A stretch of 64,000 nt of DNA, from assembly GCA_963725865.1 (NCBI GenBank), contig CAVSAC010000019.1, positions 138,320-202,319 of the forward strand, given 5' to 3'. Under the pieces are notes generated by a model. The model was not told the origin of the DNA and ran no database searches. It saw only the letters and a program-made list of their open reading frames with translations. Below, piece by piece: positions 40,812 through 51,310 of the stretch (position 1 is the first letter of the stretch; each line of letters begins with the position of its first letter). A program made the translations under genes and the position numbers. This stretch comes from Candidatus Eiseniibacteriota bacterium. GTDB taxonomy: Bacteria; Eisenbacteria; RBG-16-71-46.

Positions 40812-41531
40812 ATGATGGATCGTTCCGGCCAGTCCCCCCCGCGTCCCACGCTGCTGCGCCGCGCCCTCGGGCGCGCGCGGCGGACGCTCTGGCCCACGAC
40901 GCTCGAGCGCTCGTACCGGCGCTGGATCGCGGATCGCGGCGACGCGACGCGCCGGCTCGACTACGCGCTCCGCCCGGAATCGGTGGTGCTCGACGTGGGC
41001 GGGTATCGAGGCGACTGGGCGGAGCAGATGTGCGCGCGCTGCGCCTGTACCGTGCACGTGTTCGAGCCGGTTCCGGAATTCGCCGACGCGACGCGCGCCC
41101 GGCTCGCGGATTGGCCCCGGGTGCACGTGCACGCCTTCGGCCTAGCGGGAAGCACCCGGACCAGCGCGTTCGCGATGGCGGCCGATGGCTCGTCGGCGCT
41201 GCGTGCCGGCGGCGAGCGGCGGGTGGAGCTGCGCGCCGCGGCCGAGGTGTTCGCCGAGCTCGGTCTGGGCGCGGTCGAACTGATGAAGGTCAACATCGAG
41301 GGCGGCGAGTACGAGTTGATCGAGCACCTGCTCGACGCCGGGCTGATCGCGCGCATCGAGCACCTGCAGGTGCAGTTCCACGACTTCGTTCCCGATGCGC
41401 GGCGGCGCATGCGCGGCCTGCAGCAGCGCCTCGCGGAGACGCACGCGCTGGATTGGCAGTACGTCTTCATCTGGGAGAGCTGGCACCGGCGGCACGGCGG
41501 CGCGGACGGCCAGCAGGCTCCGGCACGCTGA
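40812..41531 (+). CDS. FkbM-family methyltransferase
   Basis: VLDVGGYRG, VFEPV, LMKVNIEGGEY, QVQFH. Confidence 0.88.
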   Translation: MMDRSGQSPPRPTLLRRALGRARRTLWPTTLERSYRRWIADRGDATRRLDYALRPESVVLDVGGYRGDWAEQMCARCACTVHVFEPVPEFADATRARLADWPRVHVHAFGLAGSTRTSAFAMAADGSSALRAGGERRVELRAAAEVFAELGLGAVELMKVNIEGGEYELIEHLLDAGLIARIEHLQVQFHDFVPDARRRMRGLQQRLAETHALDWQYVFIWESWHRRHGGADGQQAPAR

Positions 41532-41537
41532 GGCGGC

Positions 41538-42689
41538 ATGCGCGTCTTTCTCGCACTCGCGAGCAGCCCGAATCCGACGTTCGCGTCCGACCTGTGGAAG
41601 TGGAACCTCCACGACCCGCTGGTGGACCTCGGCCACGACGTGGTGCTGTGGGACGGCGGTATCCAGCCGCTCTTCGACGTGGATCCCGCGAGTCCGGAGT
41701 GCGTGCCGCTGCGCGCACGCTTCAGCGCCGATTTCGCCCGGGCGGTCGATGAGGCCAACCGCGCCGGGAGACTCGACCTGGTGCTGACCTATGTCAGCGA
41801 CAGCCACCTCGAGCCCGCGACGATCGAGCAGGTCCGCACGCGCGTCGCTCCCACGATCAATTTCTTCTGCAACAACGTGCACCAGTTCCACCTCGTCCAA
41901 CGCACCGCTCGCTACTTCGACCACTGCCTGGTGCCCGAAGGCGTGGCGATCCGCAAGTACGAGCGCGCGGGGGCGCGCCCGATCTTCTGGCCGATGGCCG
42001 CGAACCCCACCTACTACCGCCCCGTGGACGTGCCGCTGCGCTACGACGCGACCTTTGCCGGGCAGCGCTACGCCGATCGCGGCAGCCTGGTGCTCGCGCT
42101 GCTGCGCGGCGGCGTGGCCGCCGACGCATTCGGACAGAGCTGGCGCGTGGGTTCGAACGCCGCGGGCCCCGGGGACCGTCCGGGCCCGGCCGTGGTGCGC
42201 GCGCTCGACCTGCTGCGTCACGGCCGCGATCCGCTGCGCGCGATGCGCGACACGCTCGATTGGAGAGCGCTCGCCGCCGGCTACCCCGAGCACCTGCACG
42301 GACCGGTCTCCGACGAGCAATACGTACGCCTCTACAGCGAGAGCCGCATCAGCCTCGGCTTCGTGATCGTGGGGGACACCCATCGCACGCTGCGGCCGCA
42401 GACCCAGGTCCGGCTGCGCGAGTTCGAGGGGCCGATGTCGGGGGCGTTCTACATGACGGGCTGGCTCGACGAGATGGCGCTGCACTACGACGTGGGTCGC
42501 GAGATCGTCTGCTACCACTCGGCGGAGGAGCTGGTGGACCGCGCCCGTTACTACCTCGCCCACGACGACGAGCGCGAGCGCATCCGCCGTGCCGGCCACG
42601 AGCGCGCGCGCCGCGACCACACGTGGCATCGCCGCTTCGAGACCCTGTTCGCCGAGCTGCGCCGGCGCGGCGTGCTGCGCTCCGCCTGA
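41538..42689 (+). CDS. CgeB-like (Glyco_trans_1_2) glycosyltransferase
   Basis: PMAANP..Y.P, FAGQRY..R, SRISLGF, RLREFE, EIVCY, YYLAHD.ERERI..AG..RA..DHTW. Confidence 0.85.
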   Translation: MRVFLALASSPNPTFASDLWKWNLHDPLVDLGHDVVLWDGGIQPLFDVDPASPECVPLRARFSADFARAVDEANRAGRLDLVLTYVSDSHLEPATIEQVRTRVAPTINFFCNNVHQFHLVQRTARYFDHCLVPEGVAIRKYERAGARPIFWPMAANPTYYRPVDVPLRYDATFAGQRYADRGSLVLALLRGGVAADAFGQSWRVGSNAAGPGDRPGPAVVRALDLLRHGRDPLRAMRDTLDWRALAAGYPEHLHGPVSDEQYVRLYSESRISLGFVIVGDTHRTLRPQTQVRLREFEGPMSGAFYMTGWLDEMALHYDVGREIVCYHSAEELVDRARYYLAHDDERERIRRAGHERARRDHTWHRRFETLFAELRRRGVLRSA

Positions 42690-42698
42690 GCGCCGGAC

Positions 42699-44063
42699 TC
42701 AGCCGTGGGCGCGCACCGCGGCCAGCGCCGCGAGGCCGCCCAGCCCGAGCAGCAGCAGCAGCAGTCCGCGCGGCGTCAGCGGCACGCCGCAGCGCGTCAT
42801 CACCACCCCGGAGAGCGCGAGCGAGAACGTGCCCGCGAACGCGTAGGCGGCGGCGAGGCTCATGGTGCCGAGGCCGAGCGCGCGCGCCGCGACGTAGCCC
42901 GCGCCGAGCGCCAGCGGATAGGACACCCCGAGCGGGAACAGCAGGCGGACGCCGCCGAGGGGAAGCGCCCCGAACATCCACGCCTGCATCGCGACCTTGG
43001 CGAACTCGCCGTAGAGCGTCCACACGATCATCGGGCGCGCGGCGTCGAACTGACGCGAATAGAGCAGGTGGAGCAGGGGCGTCGCGAGCAGCATCGCGAG
43101 CGCGAACGCGGGCGCGGCGACCGCGATCAGGGGCGACCACTGACGCCGCGTGTAGTCCCGCACGCCCTCCGGCCCCGCCGCGCCGCTGATGCGGCCGAAT
43201 GCGTAGTTGGCGAGGTAGGCGTAGAAGATCGCGCCGCCCTGCTGGGAGAGCGCGAGCGCGGCCTGGAACAGCCCGTTGGCCGCGAAACCGAGGGTCTGGG
43301 CAAAGTGGGTCCGGACCGCGAACAGCATGCTCTGGTCGACGACCGACATCACGAGCGCGGTGGCGGCGACCCGCAGCATCGCGCGCGCGCGGCCGCGGTC
43401 GAAGCGCGGCGACGGCAGCGGAAGGAACGCGTCCCGGTAGCGGCGCCAATGCCAGGTCAGCGTGCCGACGATCGCGATCGGGAACAACACCACCGCGCCC
43501 GTCAGGGCCCCGCGCAGGCCGAACGCCGGCAGCAGCGCGACCACCGCCACGGTGGCCGCGAGGTTGCCGATGACGGCGTAGGTGAGCGGGGCGGTCAGGT
43601 CGGAGCGCCCGGCGAACAGGGCCTGGACGACTCCCTGGAACGCGAGTCCGGCGACGCCGATCAACGCGATGCGCACCAGCAGCGGATCGCCGCCGGGCCC
43701 CAGCATCGCCCGCGCGCACGCCGGCGCGAACACCGCGGCGAGCACCGCCACGCAGCCGACGGTCACCCCGACGACGCTGAGCGCGGTCGACATCACGCGT
43801 CGGACGGTCGCCGCGTCGTCGCTCGCGCTCGCCGCCCCGACGGCCTGGGCCACCGGCATTCCGAGGCCCATGCCGCTGCCGGTGCCGAGCCAGGTCATGC
43901 CGGTCATCACCTGGGCCAGCACGCCCATCCCCGCGGTGCCGAGGAAGTGGGCGAAGAGCTTGTTGCGGACGGCGCCACCGAGCACGGCGATGGCAATTGC
44001 GCCCGCGCCGAGGACGAGTCGTCCCGCGCGCGCGCGCCAGACCGCGTACCAGCCTTCGCTCAT
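42699..44063 (-). CDS. Wzx-like oligosaccharide flippase
   Basis: About 12 hydrophobic segments; RNKLFAHFLG..GMG, NGLFQAAL, LLYSRQF..A resemble the WzxE type. Confidence 0.8.
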   Translation of the reverse strand: MSEGWYAVWRARAGRLVLGAGAIAIAVLGGAVRNKLFAHFLGTAGMGVLAQVMTGMTWLGTGSGMGLGMPVAQAVGAASASDDAATVRRVMSTALSVVGVTVGCVAVLAAVFAPACARAMLGPGGDPLLVRIALIGVAGLAFQGVVQALFAGRSDLTAPLTYAVIGNLAATVAVVALLPAFGLRGALTGAVVLFPIAIVGTLTWHWRRYRDAFLPLPSPRFDRGRARAMLRVAATALVMSVVDQSMLFAVRTHFAQTLGFAANGLFQAALALSQQGGAIFYAYLANYAFGRISGAAGPEGVRDYTRRQWSPLIAVAAPAFALAMLLATPLLHLLYSRQFDAARPMIVWTLYGEFAKVAMQAWMFGALPLGGVRLLFPLGVSYPLALGAGYVAARALGLGTMSLAAAYAFAGTFSLALSGVVMTRCGVPLTPRGLLLLLLGLGGLAALAAVRAHG

Positions 44064-44069
44064 CCGCGC

Positions 44070-44118
44070 AGTGTCGGGAAATCCCGCGCGGAGTGTCAAC
44101 CCGCGTGCATGCTATAGT
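44070..44118. promoter_or_regulatory. Putative divergent promoters for the flippase and asnB-like genes
   Basis: Minus strand: TTGACA-N18-GACACT ending 6 nt before the flippase ATG. Plus strand: extended -10 TGcTATAGT at 44110-44118. Confidence 0.5.
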
Positions 44119-44263
44119 GCCGCGGTCCGCGCCCGCGCAGCGCGCCTTCCATCCATCTCCGCACGGAGCTCGATGCAGTCGAAGATCCTCTGTCCACGGA
44201 CGGCGCGGCCGCGCCGTCGCGCCGTCCCGCGACCGCGCGGATCGCGGCGCGAGGACACCTGAG

Positions 44264-46102
44264 ATGTGCGGGATCGGCGGGGTGTACGCCCTGACCGAGC
44301 GGCCCCCGGATCCGGCGTGGGGACGACTGCTCGTCGACGCGCTCGCGCACCGCGGCCCCGACGATCGCGACGTGTTCGCCGACGATCGCGTGGTGCTCGC
44401 CCACACCCGGCTCTCGATCATCGACACCAGCAGCGCGGGGCACCAGCCCATGCGCTCGGCCGACGGCCGATTCGCGCTCGTGCAGAATGGCGAGATCTAC
44501 AACCACGCGGAGCTGGGCCGCGCGCTGGCCGCCGCGGGCGTGGCGCTGCGCACCCGCTCCGACACCGAGGTGCTGGTCGAGTTGCTCGCCCGCCGCGGGC
44601 CGGCCGCGCTCGACGACCTGCGCGGCATGTTCGCGTTCGCGCTCTACGACGCCGCGAGCGGCGACCTGTTGCTGGCGCGTGACCGGCTCGGCAAGAAGCC
44701 GCTGCTGTGGGTGCGCACGCCCGAGTACCTGGCGTTCGCCTCGGAGGCGCGCGCGCTGCTGCGCCTGCCGTTCGTGAGGGCGCGGCTCGATCACGAGCGC
44801 CTGCGGGACTACGTGCGGTTCCTCTACGTGCCGGCGCCCGACACGCTGATCGCGGGGCTGCACAAGCTGGCGGCCGGGCATCGGCTGCTCGTCCGCGGCG
44901 CCGCGCGCGACACCCCGCCGGCACCCGAGCGCTGGTGGCGGCTGCCGCCGCCCGACCCGGAGCAGCGCGCCGACGCGGCGTGGTTCGAGCGCCTCGACGC
45001 GGAGCTGCTCGAGTCCACGCGCTACCGCACCGTGAGCGACGTGCCGATCGGCGTGTTCCTGAGCGGCGGCGTGGACTCCACCACCGTGCTCGAGCGGCTG
45101 CACGCGATCGGGCACGCGCCGATCCGCACGTTCACGGTCGGCTTCGCGGGGTTGCCCGACGAGCGCGCGATCGCACGAGCGTCCGCGGAGTGCTTCGGCG
45201 CCGAGCACGTCGAGATCGAGCTGAAGCCCGACCTCGAGCACGAGCTCGACGGCCTGCTCGAGCACTTCGGCGAGCCGCTCGGCGACAGCGCGCTGGTGAC
45301 CACCGCGCTGATCGCGCGCGAGGCCGCGCGCCACGTGAAGGTGATCCTCAACGGCGACGGCGGCGACGAGCTGTTCGGCGGCTACCCGCGCTATCGCTTC
45401 GCGGCCCGCGCCGACCTCGCCGCCCAGCTGCCGGGCGGGCTGGCGGCGCTCCGCGCGCTCGCCGGGCGCGCGCCACACGGAGCGCGGGTGCTGGAGCGCT
45501 TCGCGCACGACGGTCCGCACGCGGCCGCGCGCGAGCTGGGGGCGATCGCCTCCCCCGCGCAGCTCGACGCGCTGCTGGGCCCGCCGCCGCCGCCGGGGGC
45601 GCCGTCGGCGGCGTACGCGCACGGGCTGACCGGCGCGATGTTCGAGTGGGACACCGGCGTCTACCTGCCCGACGACCTGCTGGTGAAGGTCGACGTGGCC
45701 TCGATGCGCTACGCGCTCGAGAACCGCTCGCCGCTGCTCGACCACCGCCTGTTCGAGCACCTCGCGCGGCTGGTCCCCGCGCGCCGTGCGTCGCTCGTCG
45801 CCACCAAGCCGCTGCTCCGCCGCCTCGTGCGGGGCCGGCTGCCGGCCGCGCCGCTGGCGGTGCGCAAGCAGGGCTTCCAGCTGCCGCTCGCCGACTGGCT
45901 GCGCGGACGGCTGCGCCCGTGGCTCGAGGCCCTGCTGCTCGATCCACAGGCGAGTGGCGCGTGGTTCCGGCCGGGCGCGCTGCGCGCCGAGGTCGAGCGC
46001 TTCACCAGCGGCGCGGGCGACGACCTGGCGGCCTACCGGCTGTTCGGACTGGCGGCGCTCGAGCGCTGGGCGCGCGCCTACCACGTGCAGGGGGACGCAT
46101 GA
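44264..46102 (+). CDS. asnB: Asparagine synthase-like glutamine amidotransferase (glycan amidation)
   Basis: MCGIGG, HRGPD, RLSIID, NGEIYN, SDTEV, RDRLGKKPL, FLSGGVDS, GDGGDELFGGY, KVD, RSPLLD. Confidence 0.93.
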   Translation: MCGIGGVYALTERPPDPAWGRLLVDALAHRGPDDRDVFADDRVVLAHTRLSIIDTSSAGHQPMRSADGRFALVQNGEIYNHAELGRALAAAGVALRTRSDTEVLVELLARRGPAALDDLRGMFAFALYDAASGDLLLARDRLGKKPLLWVRTPEYLAFASEARALLRLPFVRARLDHERLRDYVRFLYVPAPDTLIAGLHKLAAGHRLLVRGAARDTPPAPERWWRLPPPDPEQRADAAWFERLDAELLESTRYRTVSDVPIGVFLSGGVDSTTVLERLHAIGHAPIRTFTVGFAGLPDERAIARASAECFGAEHVEIELKPDLEHELDGLLEHFGEPLGDSALVTTALIAREAARHVKVILNGDGGDELFGGYPRYRFAARADLAAQLPGGLAALRALAGRAPHGARVLERFAHDGPHAAARELGAIASPAQLDALLGPPPPPGAPSAAYAHGLTGAMFEWDTGVYLPDDLLVKVDVASMRYALENRSPLLDHRLFEHLARLVPARRASLVATKPLLRRLVRGRLPAAPLAVRKQGFQLPLADWLRGRLRPWLEALLLDPQASGAWFRPGALRAEVERFTSGAGDDLAAYRLFGLAALERWARAYHVQGDA

Positions 46103-47118
46103 GTCCCGCCGCGCCGCGGGTCTCGGTGCTGCTCGCCAGCCGCGACGGCGCCCGGCACCTGCCGGGGGCGCTGGCGAGCATCGCGCGCCAGACCTGGAGC
46201 GACGTGGAGCTGGTCGCGGTCGACGACGGCTCCACCGACGCCACCGCCGAGCTGTTCTCGCGCTACGCCAGCGCCCACCGGAGCACGCGCGTGCTGCACA
46301 CCGCCGGCGAGGGCCTGGCCGCCGCGCTCGCGCGCGCCGCCGAGGCCGCGACAGGCGAGCTGCTCGCGCGCCACGACGACGACGACGTCTCGCACCCCGA
46401 GCGGCTGGCGCGCCAGGTCGCGTACCTGCAGGCGCACCCCGCGGTCGCGCTGGTCGGCACCACGGCCGAGGTGATCGACGACGCGGACCGGCGCCTGGGG
46501 GACTACCCGGTGCCGACCGAGCCGGCGGAGATCCGCCGGCAGCTCGCGCGCGCCACCCCGTTCGTGCACGGGTCGGTCGTGATGCGGCGCGCGGCATACC
46601 AGAGCGCCGGCGGCTATCGGCGCGCGTTCGCGGCCTCGCAGGACTACGACCTGTGGCTGCGATTCCCGGCGGACGCGGGACTCGCGAACCTGCCCGAGCC
46701 GCTCTACGTCTGGCGCCACCACCCGCGCGGCGTGTTCGCGCGCGCGCGTGACCAGCAGCTGTTCTTCGCCGCGCTCGCGCGGGTGTTCGCCGAGGAGCGG
46801 CACGAGACCGGCGCCGACGGCTACGCCGCGCTCGAAGCGGCCCCGACGATCGCGGCGTTCCGCGCCGCCTATCCGCGCGCCGGGCGGCTCGCGCTGCGCC
46901 TCGGCGAGGCGTACGCGCGCGAAGGCCGGGTCGCGGACGCCCGGCGCGAGCTGAGTCCCGCGCTCCGCGATCCGCGCTCGCGGGCGGAGGCGCTCGGCTG
47001 GTGGGCGCTGACGTTCGCGGTGGCGCTGACGCCGCGCGCGGCGCGCGCGCGGGCCGCCGCGCGGGCGCGCGCGGCGACGGAGCCGGGCGGGCCGGCGGCG
47101 AAGGGCGGCGCGCGATGA
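46099..47118 (+). CDS. GT2 glycosyltransferase
   Basis: VSVLL, VDDGSTD, ARHDDDD, FVHGSV, QDYDLWLR; ATGA overlap with asnB. Confidence 0.92.
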   Translation: MSPAAPRVSVLLASRDGARHLPGALASIARQTWSDVELVAVDDGSTDATAELFSRYASAHRSTRVLHTAGEGLAAALARAAEAATGELLARHDDDDVSHPERLARQVAYLQAHPAVALVGTTAEVIDDADRRLGDYPVPTEPAEIRRQLARATPFVHGSVVMRRAAYQSAGGYRRAFAASQDYDLWLRFPADAGLANLPEPLYVWRHHPRGVFARARDQQLFFAALARVFAEERHETGADGYAALEAAPTIAAFRAAYPRAGRLALRLGEAYAREGRVADARRELSPALRDPRSRAEALGWWALTFAVALTPRAARARAAARARAATEPGGPAAKGGAR

Positions 47119-48134
47119 GGATCCTGCTCCATGGCGGCGTCGACATCGCGCTGCCGGGCGGGCTCGAGACCCACCTGCGCGAGCTGGCGCGCGGATTGAT
47201 GGCGCGCGGCCACGCGGTCGAGATCCTGGGCCGCCCGGCGACGCTGCCGCCGTTCACGATGGTCGAGCGCCTCGAGCCGTCGCGCTACGACATCCTGCAC
47301 CACCACGCCGGCCGCTGGCCGCGCGCGCTCGATCGGCATCCCGGGCTGGTGCGGACGTTCCACTACTCGACCGCCGCGAAGATGCGCGTCTACGTCCGCC
47401 TCGGCCGCCTGCGCACGCTCGCGAACCTGCCCAACTGGCGCGCGATCGCCGAGGAACGCGCGAGCGCGCGGCGCGGCGGACCGCTGATCGCGGTCTCGCG
47501 CCGACTGCGCGACGAGCTGGTGGAGGGCTATGGGCTGGCCGCCGAGCGCGTACGCGTGATCCCGAACGGGGTGGCGTTCGCCGCGCCGGCCACCGGGCGC
47601 GCGGGGTGGCGGACACGGTGGAGCATTCCGGCGGCCGCGCCGGTGCTGCTCACCATCGGCCGCGCCGACTTCGTGAAGGGTTTCGATCTGCTCGAGCGCG
47701 CCTGGGCGCGCGCACGCAAGCCCGCGGGCGCGCTGTGGGTCACCGTCGGCGGCGCGGCGCCAGCGCGCGCACCCGGCCGCATCGTCACCGGGCCGGTGCC
47801 CCCGGACGAGATCGTGGAATGGGTGCACGCCGCCGACGTGGGCGCGCTTCCCTCCTACTACGAGGGCGGCGGGATCGCGCTGCTCGAGATGCTGGCGGGC
47901 GGCCTGTACTCGCTCACGCACGACGTCGGGTGCGCGAGCGAGGTGATCCGCCCGCGGGCGAACGGCGAACTCGTGTCGCGCGACGAGCGTGCCTGGATCG
48001 AAGCGCTCGCGCGCACCCTCGCCGAACCTCGCGTGGCGAGGGCCCCGGCGCTGCCGCCGGAGTACCACTGGGACGCGATCGCGGCGCGCGTGGAGGACGT
48101 GTACCGGGAGGCGCTCGGCGGCTCGCGAGGCTGA
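47115..48134 (+). CDS. GT4 glycosyltransferase
   Basis: GGLETH, VIPNGV, IGRADFVKG, PSYYEGGGIALLEMLAGG. Confidence 0.9.
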   Translation: MRILLHGGVDIALPGGLETHLRELARGLMARGHAVEILGRPATLPPFTMVERLEPSRYDILHHHAGRWPRALDRHPGLVRTFHYSTAAKMRVYVRLGRLRTLANLPNWRAIAEERASARRGGPLIAVSRRLRDELVEGYGLAAERVRVIPNGVAFAAPATGRAGWRTRWSIPAAAPVLLTIGRADFVKGFDLLERAWARARKPAGALWVTVGGAAPARAPGRIVTGPVPPDEIVEWVHAADVGALPSYYEGGGIALLEMLAGGLYSLTHDVGCASEVIRPRANGELVSRDERAWIEALARTLAEPRVARAPALPPEYHWDAIAARVEDVYREALGGSRG

Positions 48135-48175
48135 GCGGGCGCTGGCCGGAGATGAGCGAGCGCCGGCCAGCGTGC

Positions 48176-49330
48176 CTAGCGACTTCGCTTCCAGGCTTCG
48201 TGGGCGCGGTCGAAGGCGTCTCGGAAGTGCGCGTCGAAGCACTCGGCGGCGAACGGCTCGGCCAGCGCACGCAGCTCGGCGGGGTCGAAGCGCTCGCGCT
48301 CGAACGCCTCGATCGCCGCGGCCACGCCGGCTTCACTCTGGGTGCCGAAGAGCACGCCCCCCGGCACGCGGGCGACACCGCCCGCCGCCACGGTCGCGAG
48401 CGCCTGCGCCGAGGCGCCGCGTCCGACCGTCTCGAGCGCACCGCCGCGCCCGTAGGCGATCACCGGCGTGCCGCAGGCGAGTGCTTCGAGCGGCATCATC
48501 CCGAAGTCCTCCTCGCCCGGGAACAGCAGCGCGCGCGCGCCGGCGTACACCGCGGCCATCGCGGCCTCGTCCACCCAGCCGAGGAAGCGCGTGCCGGCGG
48601 GTGCCACGCGCCGCAGCAGCGCCTCCTCCTGCCCGGAGCCGGACACCGTCACCGGCCGCCCCAGGCTCGCGCACGCCGCGAGCGCCAGGTCGGCGCGCTT
48701 GTAGGGCGCGAACGCGCCCGCGAGCAGATAGCCCTCGCGTGCGCCGGTGGCGAGCGGAAAGCGGTGCATGTCGATCGGCGGGTGCACGACCTCGGCGTCG
48801 CGCCCCCAGTGGCGGCGGATGCGCGCGGCGACGTGCTGCGAGTTCGCGAGCAGCGCGTGCGGCCGGTCGCTGGTGGCGCGATCCCACACCCGCAGGCGGG
48901 CGCAGGTGGCGCGCACCGCCCACGACAGCGGCCACGGAAAGCGGCCGGGCGGAAAGTAGGCGTCCTCCAGATCCCACACATAGCGCATCGGGGTGTGGAT
49001 GTAGCTCAGGTGGAACGCCGCGGCCGGCGCGCGCGCGCCCTTGGCGGCGGCGTGGCTCGAGGAGATCACCACCTCGGCACCCGCGAGGTCGAGCGATTCG
49101 ATCGCGGCCGGGTAGAGCGGCAGGAACCAGCGGTAGCGCCGTTCGGCGTCGGGCAGGTGCTGGAGGAACGAGGTGCGGATCGGGTGCGCCTCGAGGGCCG
49201 CGGACACCGCGCCGCGCCGCCACACCAGCGTGTGGATCGGCGCCCCCGGATGCAGCGCCGCGATGCGCTCGAGCACCCGCTCGCCGCCGCGCATGCCGGT
49301 GAGCCAGTCGTGCACCAGCGCCACGTTCAC
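48176..49330 (-). CDS. GT4 glycosyltransferase (WbaZ-like)
   Basis: VALVHDWLTGMRGGE, YIHTPMRYVWD, YKRADL, EEDFGMMPLEALACGTPVIAYGRGGALETV; GTG overlaps the upstream stop. Confidence 0.92.
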   Translation of the reverse strand: MNVALVHDWLTGMRGGERVLERIAALHPGAPIHTLVWRRGAVSAALEAHPIRTSFLQHLPDAERRYRWFLPLYPAAIESLDLAGAEVVISSSHAAAKGARAPAAAFHLSYIHTPMRYVWDLEDAYFPPGRFPWPLSWAVRATCARLRVWDRATSDRPHALLANSQHVAARIRRHWGRDAEVVHPPIDMHRFPLATGAREGYLLAGAFAPYKRADLALAACASLGRPVTVSGSGQEEALLRRVAPAGTRFLGWVDEAAMAAVYAGARALLFPGEEDFGMMPLEALACGTPVIAYGRGGALETVGRGASAQALATVAAGGVARVPGGVLFGTQSEAGVAAAIEAFERERFDPAELRALAEPFAAECFDAHFRDAFDRAHEAWKRSR

Positions 49331-50511
49331 GGCACGTCCCAGTCCTTCGCCGCCCACGCGATGCCGACCAGCGTGAACAGCGGGTAGAGCAGCTCCTCGT
49401 CGCCGAAGTTCCACTCGAACAGCCCGGCGGCGAGGAATCCGGCCAGCGCCGCGGTCACGCCGAGCTGCACGCCCGCGCCGAGCCCGCCCCCGCGCAGCCC
49501 GGCCCGCAGCCCGCGCGCGGCGGTCCGCATCAGCGCGGTGTAGAGCCACGTGAACGCCGCCAGCCCCACGATGCCCATGGTGGCGGCGATCTGGACGAAC
49601 ACGTTGTGCAGGTGACCGGCGCGCTCGGTCGAGAGCGGCGAGCGGTAGCGGTCGTACGCCGCGTGCAGGTCCTGCAGCCCGAGGCCGGTCAGTGGATGGT
49701 CGAGGAACATGCGCCAGCCCGCCTGCCACATGAACACCCGCTGGGAGTTCGCGGCGTTCGCGGGATCGAACACGCCGGTGAGCCGCGCGTGCCACGGGCC
49801 GGGCGCGAACAGCACCGCCAGCACCACCACGGTCGGCAGCGCGATCAGCCAGCGCGCCCGCGTGAGCGCGACCATGACCGCGAGCGCCACCACCAGGCCG
49901 ATCCAGGCGCTGCGCGTGAACGTGGCCCCGAGCGCCGCCAGCAGGACCGCGCTCACGGCCAGCGCGGCGAGCCGCCAGCGCCGGTCGCGGGTGCCGAGCA
50001 CGATGCCGGCGGCCACCGCCAGCTCGAGCATCAGCTGGCCGCCGAACGTCATGTAGTGGCCCGCGAGACCGCGCGCGCGCGCGGCCATGCCGCCGCCGTG
50101 CGCCACCCACACGCCGGTGCCGAACACCGCGACCGCCGCGCTGACGGCGAGCAGCACCGCGACCGCCCGCGCGCCGCGCGCGCGCGTCGCGGCGTGGAAC
50201 GCGGCGACGCCGACCAGCGCGGGCATCAGGCCCTTGCGGATGCGCACCAGGCTGGCGGCGCGGTCCTCGGCGCACAGCGCGACCACCACGAGTGCCGCGA
50301 GCCAGCCGAGCGCGGCCCAGTCCACCGCCGTGTGCACCCAGCCGCCGCGCCGGGCGGCCCACACCGCCAGCGTGAGCGCGGCGCACAGCGCGGTGGCGAT
50401 GCCCATCGGCGCGATCGCGGTGGGCAGCGTCGCGACCAGCAGCAGGAACGCCAGCGCCGCCGCGCCCTCGAGCGCCGCGGGCGCTGGGCGGCGCGCGGCG
50501 GAAACGCTCAC
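49327..50511 (-). CDS. O-antigen ligase (WaaL)-like polytopic membrane protein
   Basis: TFTRSAWIG, QRVFMW..G..MFLDHPLTGLG, HLHNVFVQ; GTG overlaps the trmD stop. Confidence 0.88.
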   Translation of the reverse strand: MSVSAARRPAPAALEGAAALAFLLLVATLPTAIAPMGIATALCAALTLAVWAARRGGWVHTAVDWAALGWLAALVVVALCAEDRAASLVRIRKGLMPALVGVAAFHAATRARGARAVAVLLAVSAAVAVFGTGVWVAHGGGMAARARGLAGHYMTFGGQLMLELAVAAGIVLGTRDRRWRLAALAVSAVLLAALGATFTRSAWIGLVVALAVMVALTRARWLIALPTVVVLAVLFAPGPWHARLTGVFDPANAANSQRVFMWQAGWRMFLDHPLTGLGLQDLHAAYDRYRSPLSTERAGHLHNVFVQIAATMGIVGLAAFTWLYTALMRTAARGLRAGLRGGGLGAGVQLGVTAALAGFLAAGLFEWNFGDEELLYPLFTLVGIAWAAKDWDVP

Positions 50512-51302
50512 TCCGGCCTCGCGGACGGCCCGCCCGGCGGCCGTACCGCGGGCGTCCGGCGCTCGCGCTCGAGCGTGCGCAGGTAACGCCGGTCCGCATC
50601 GGACAGCTCGGCGTGCTCGAGCAGGTCGGGGCGCCGTTCGAACGTGCGGCGCAGCGACTCCTCGCGGCGCGCGCGCGCGATGTTGGCGTGGTGCCCCGAC
50701 AGCAGCAGCTCCGGCACCGTCCATCCGCGGTATTCGGCCGGCCGGGTGTAGAAGCCGTGGTCGAGCAGGCCGGAATGGAACGAGTCGCTCTCCACCGAGT
50801 CGAACGTCCCCACCACGTCGGGGAGCAGGCGCGCGACCGCGTCCACCACGCACAGCGCGGCGGGCTCGCCGCCCGAGAGGACGAAGTCGCCGACCGACAG
50901 CTCCTCGTCGACCAGGTGCTCGGCGACGCGCTCGTCGACGCCCTTGTAGCGCCCGCACACCAGCACGAGGTGCTCGAGCGCGGCGTACTCGAGCGCCAGC
51001 TCCTGCGCGAAGCGGCGCCCCTGCGGCGACAGCAGCACGGTGCGCGTGCCGGGCGGGCGCGCGCCCTTCTCGCCCGCGCCCACGTGCGCCAGCGCGCGGT
51101 CGATCGGCTCCACCTTCATGATCATCCCGACCCCGCCGCCGAACGGATAGTCGTCGGTGGTCCGGTGCGCGTCGGAGGTGAAGTCGCGCAGCATGACGAC
51201 GTCCACGACGAGCCGCTCCTTCTCGCGGGCGGAGCGGATCATCCCCTCGGCGAGCGCCGGCGGGAAGAAGTCGGGGAAGATCGTGAGGATCGAGATGCGC
51301 AT
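50508..51302 (-). CDS. trmD: tRNA (guanine-N1)-methyltransferase
   Basis: ILTIFP, DDYPFGGG.GM, LSPQG, CGRYKGVDER, SVGDFVLSGGE, LLSGHHANI. Confidence 0.96.
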   Translation of the reverse strand: MRISILTIFPDFFPPALAEGMIRSAREKERLVVDVVMLRDFTSDAHRTTDDYPFGGGVGMIMKVEPIDRALAHVGAGEKGARPPGTRTVLLSPQGRRFAQELALEYAALEHLVLVCGRYKGVDERVAEHLVDEELSVGDFVLSGGEPAALCVVDAVARLLPDVVGTFDSVESDSFHSGLLDHGFYTRPAEYRGWTVPELLLSGHHANIARARREESLRRTFERRPDLLEHAELSDADRRYLRTLERERRTPAVRPPGGPSARPE

Positions 51303-51310
51303 GCGCGCTC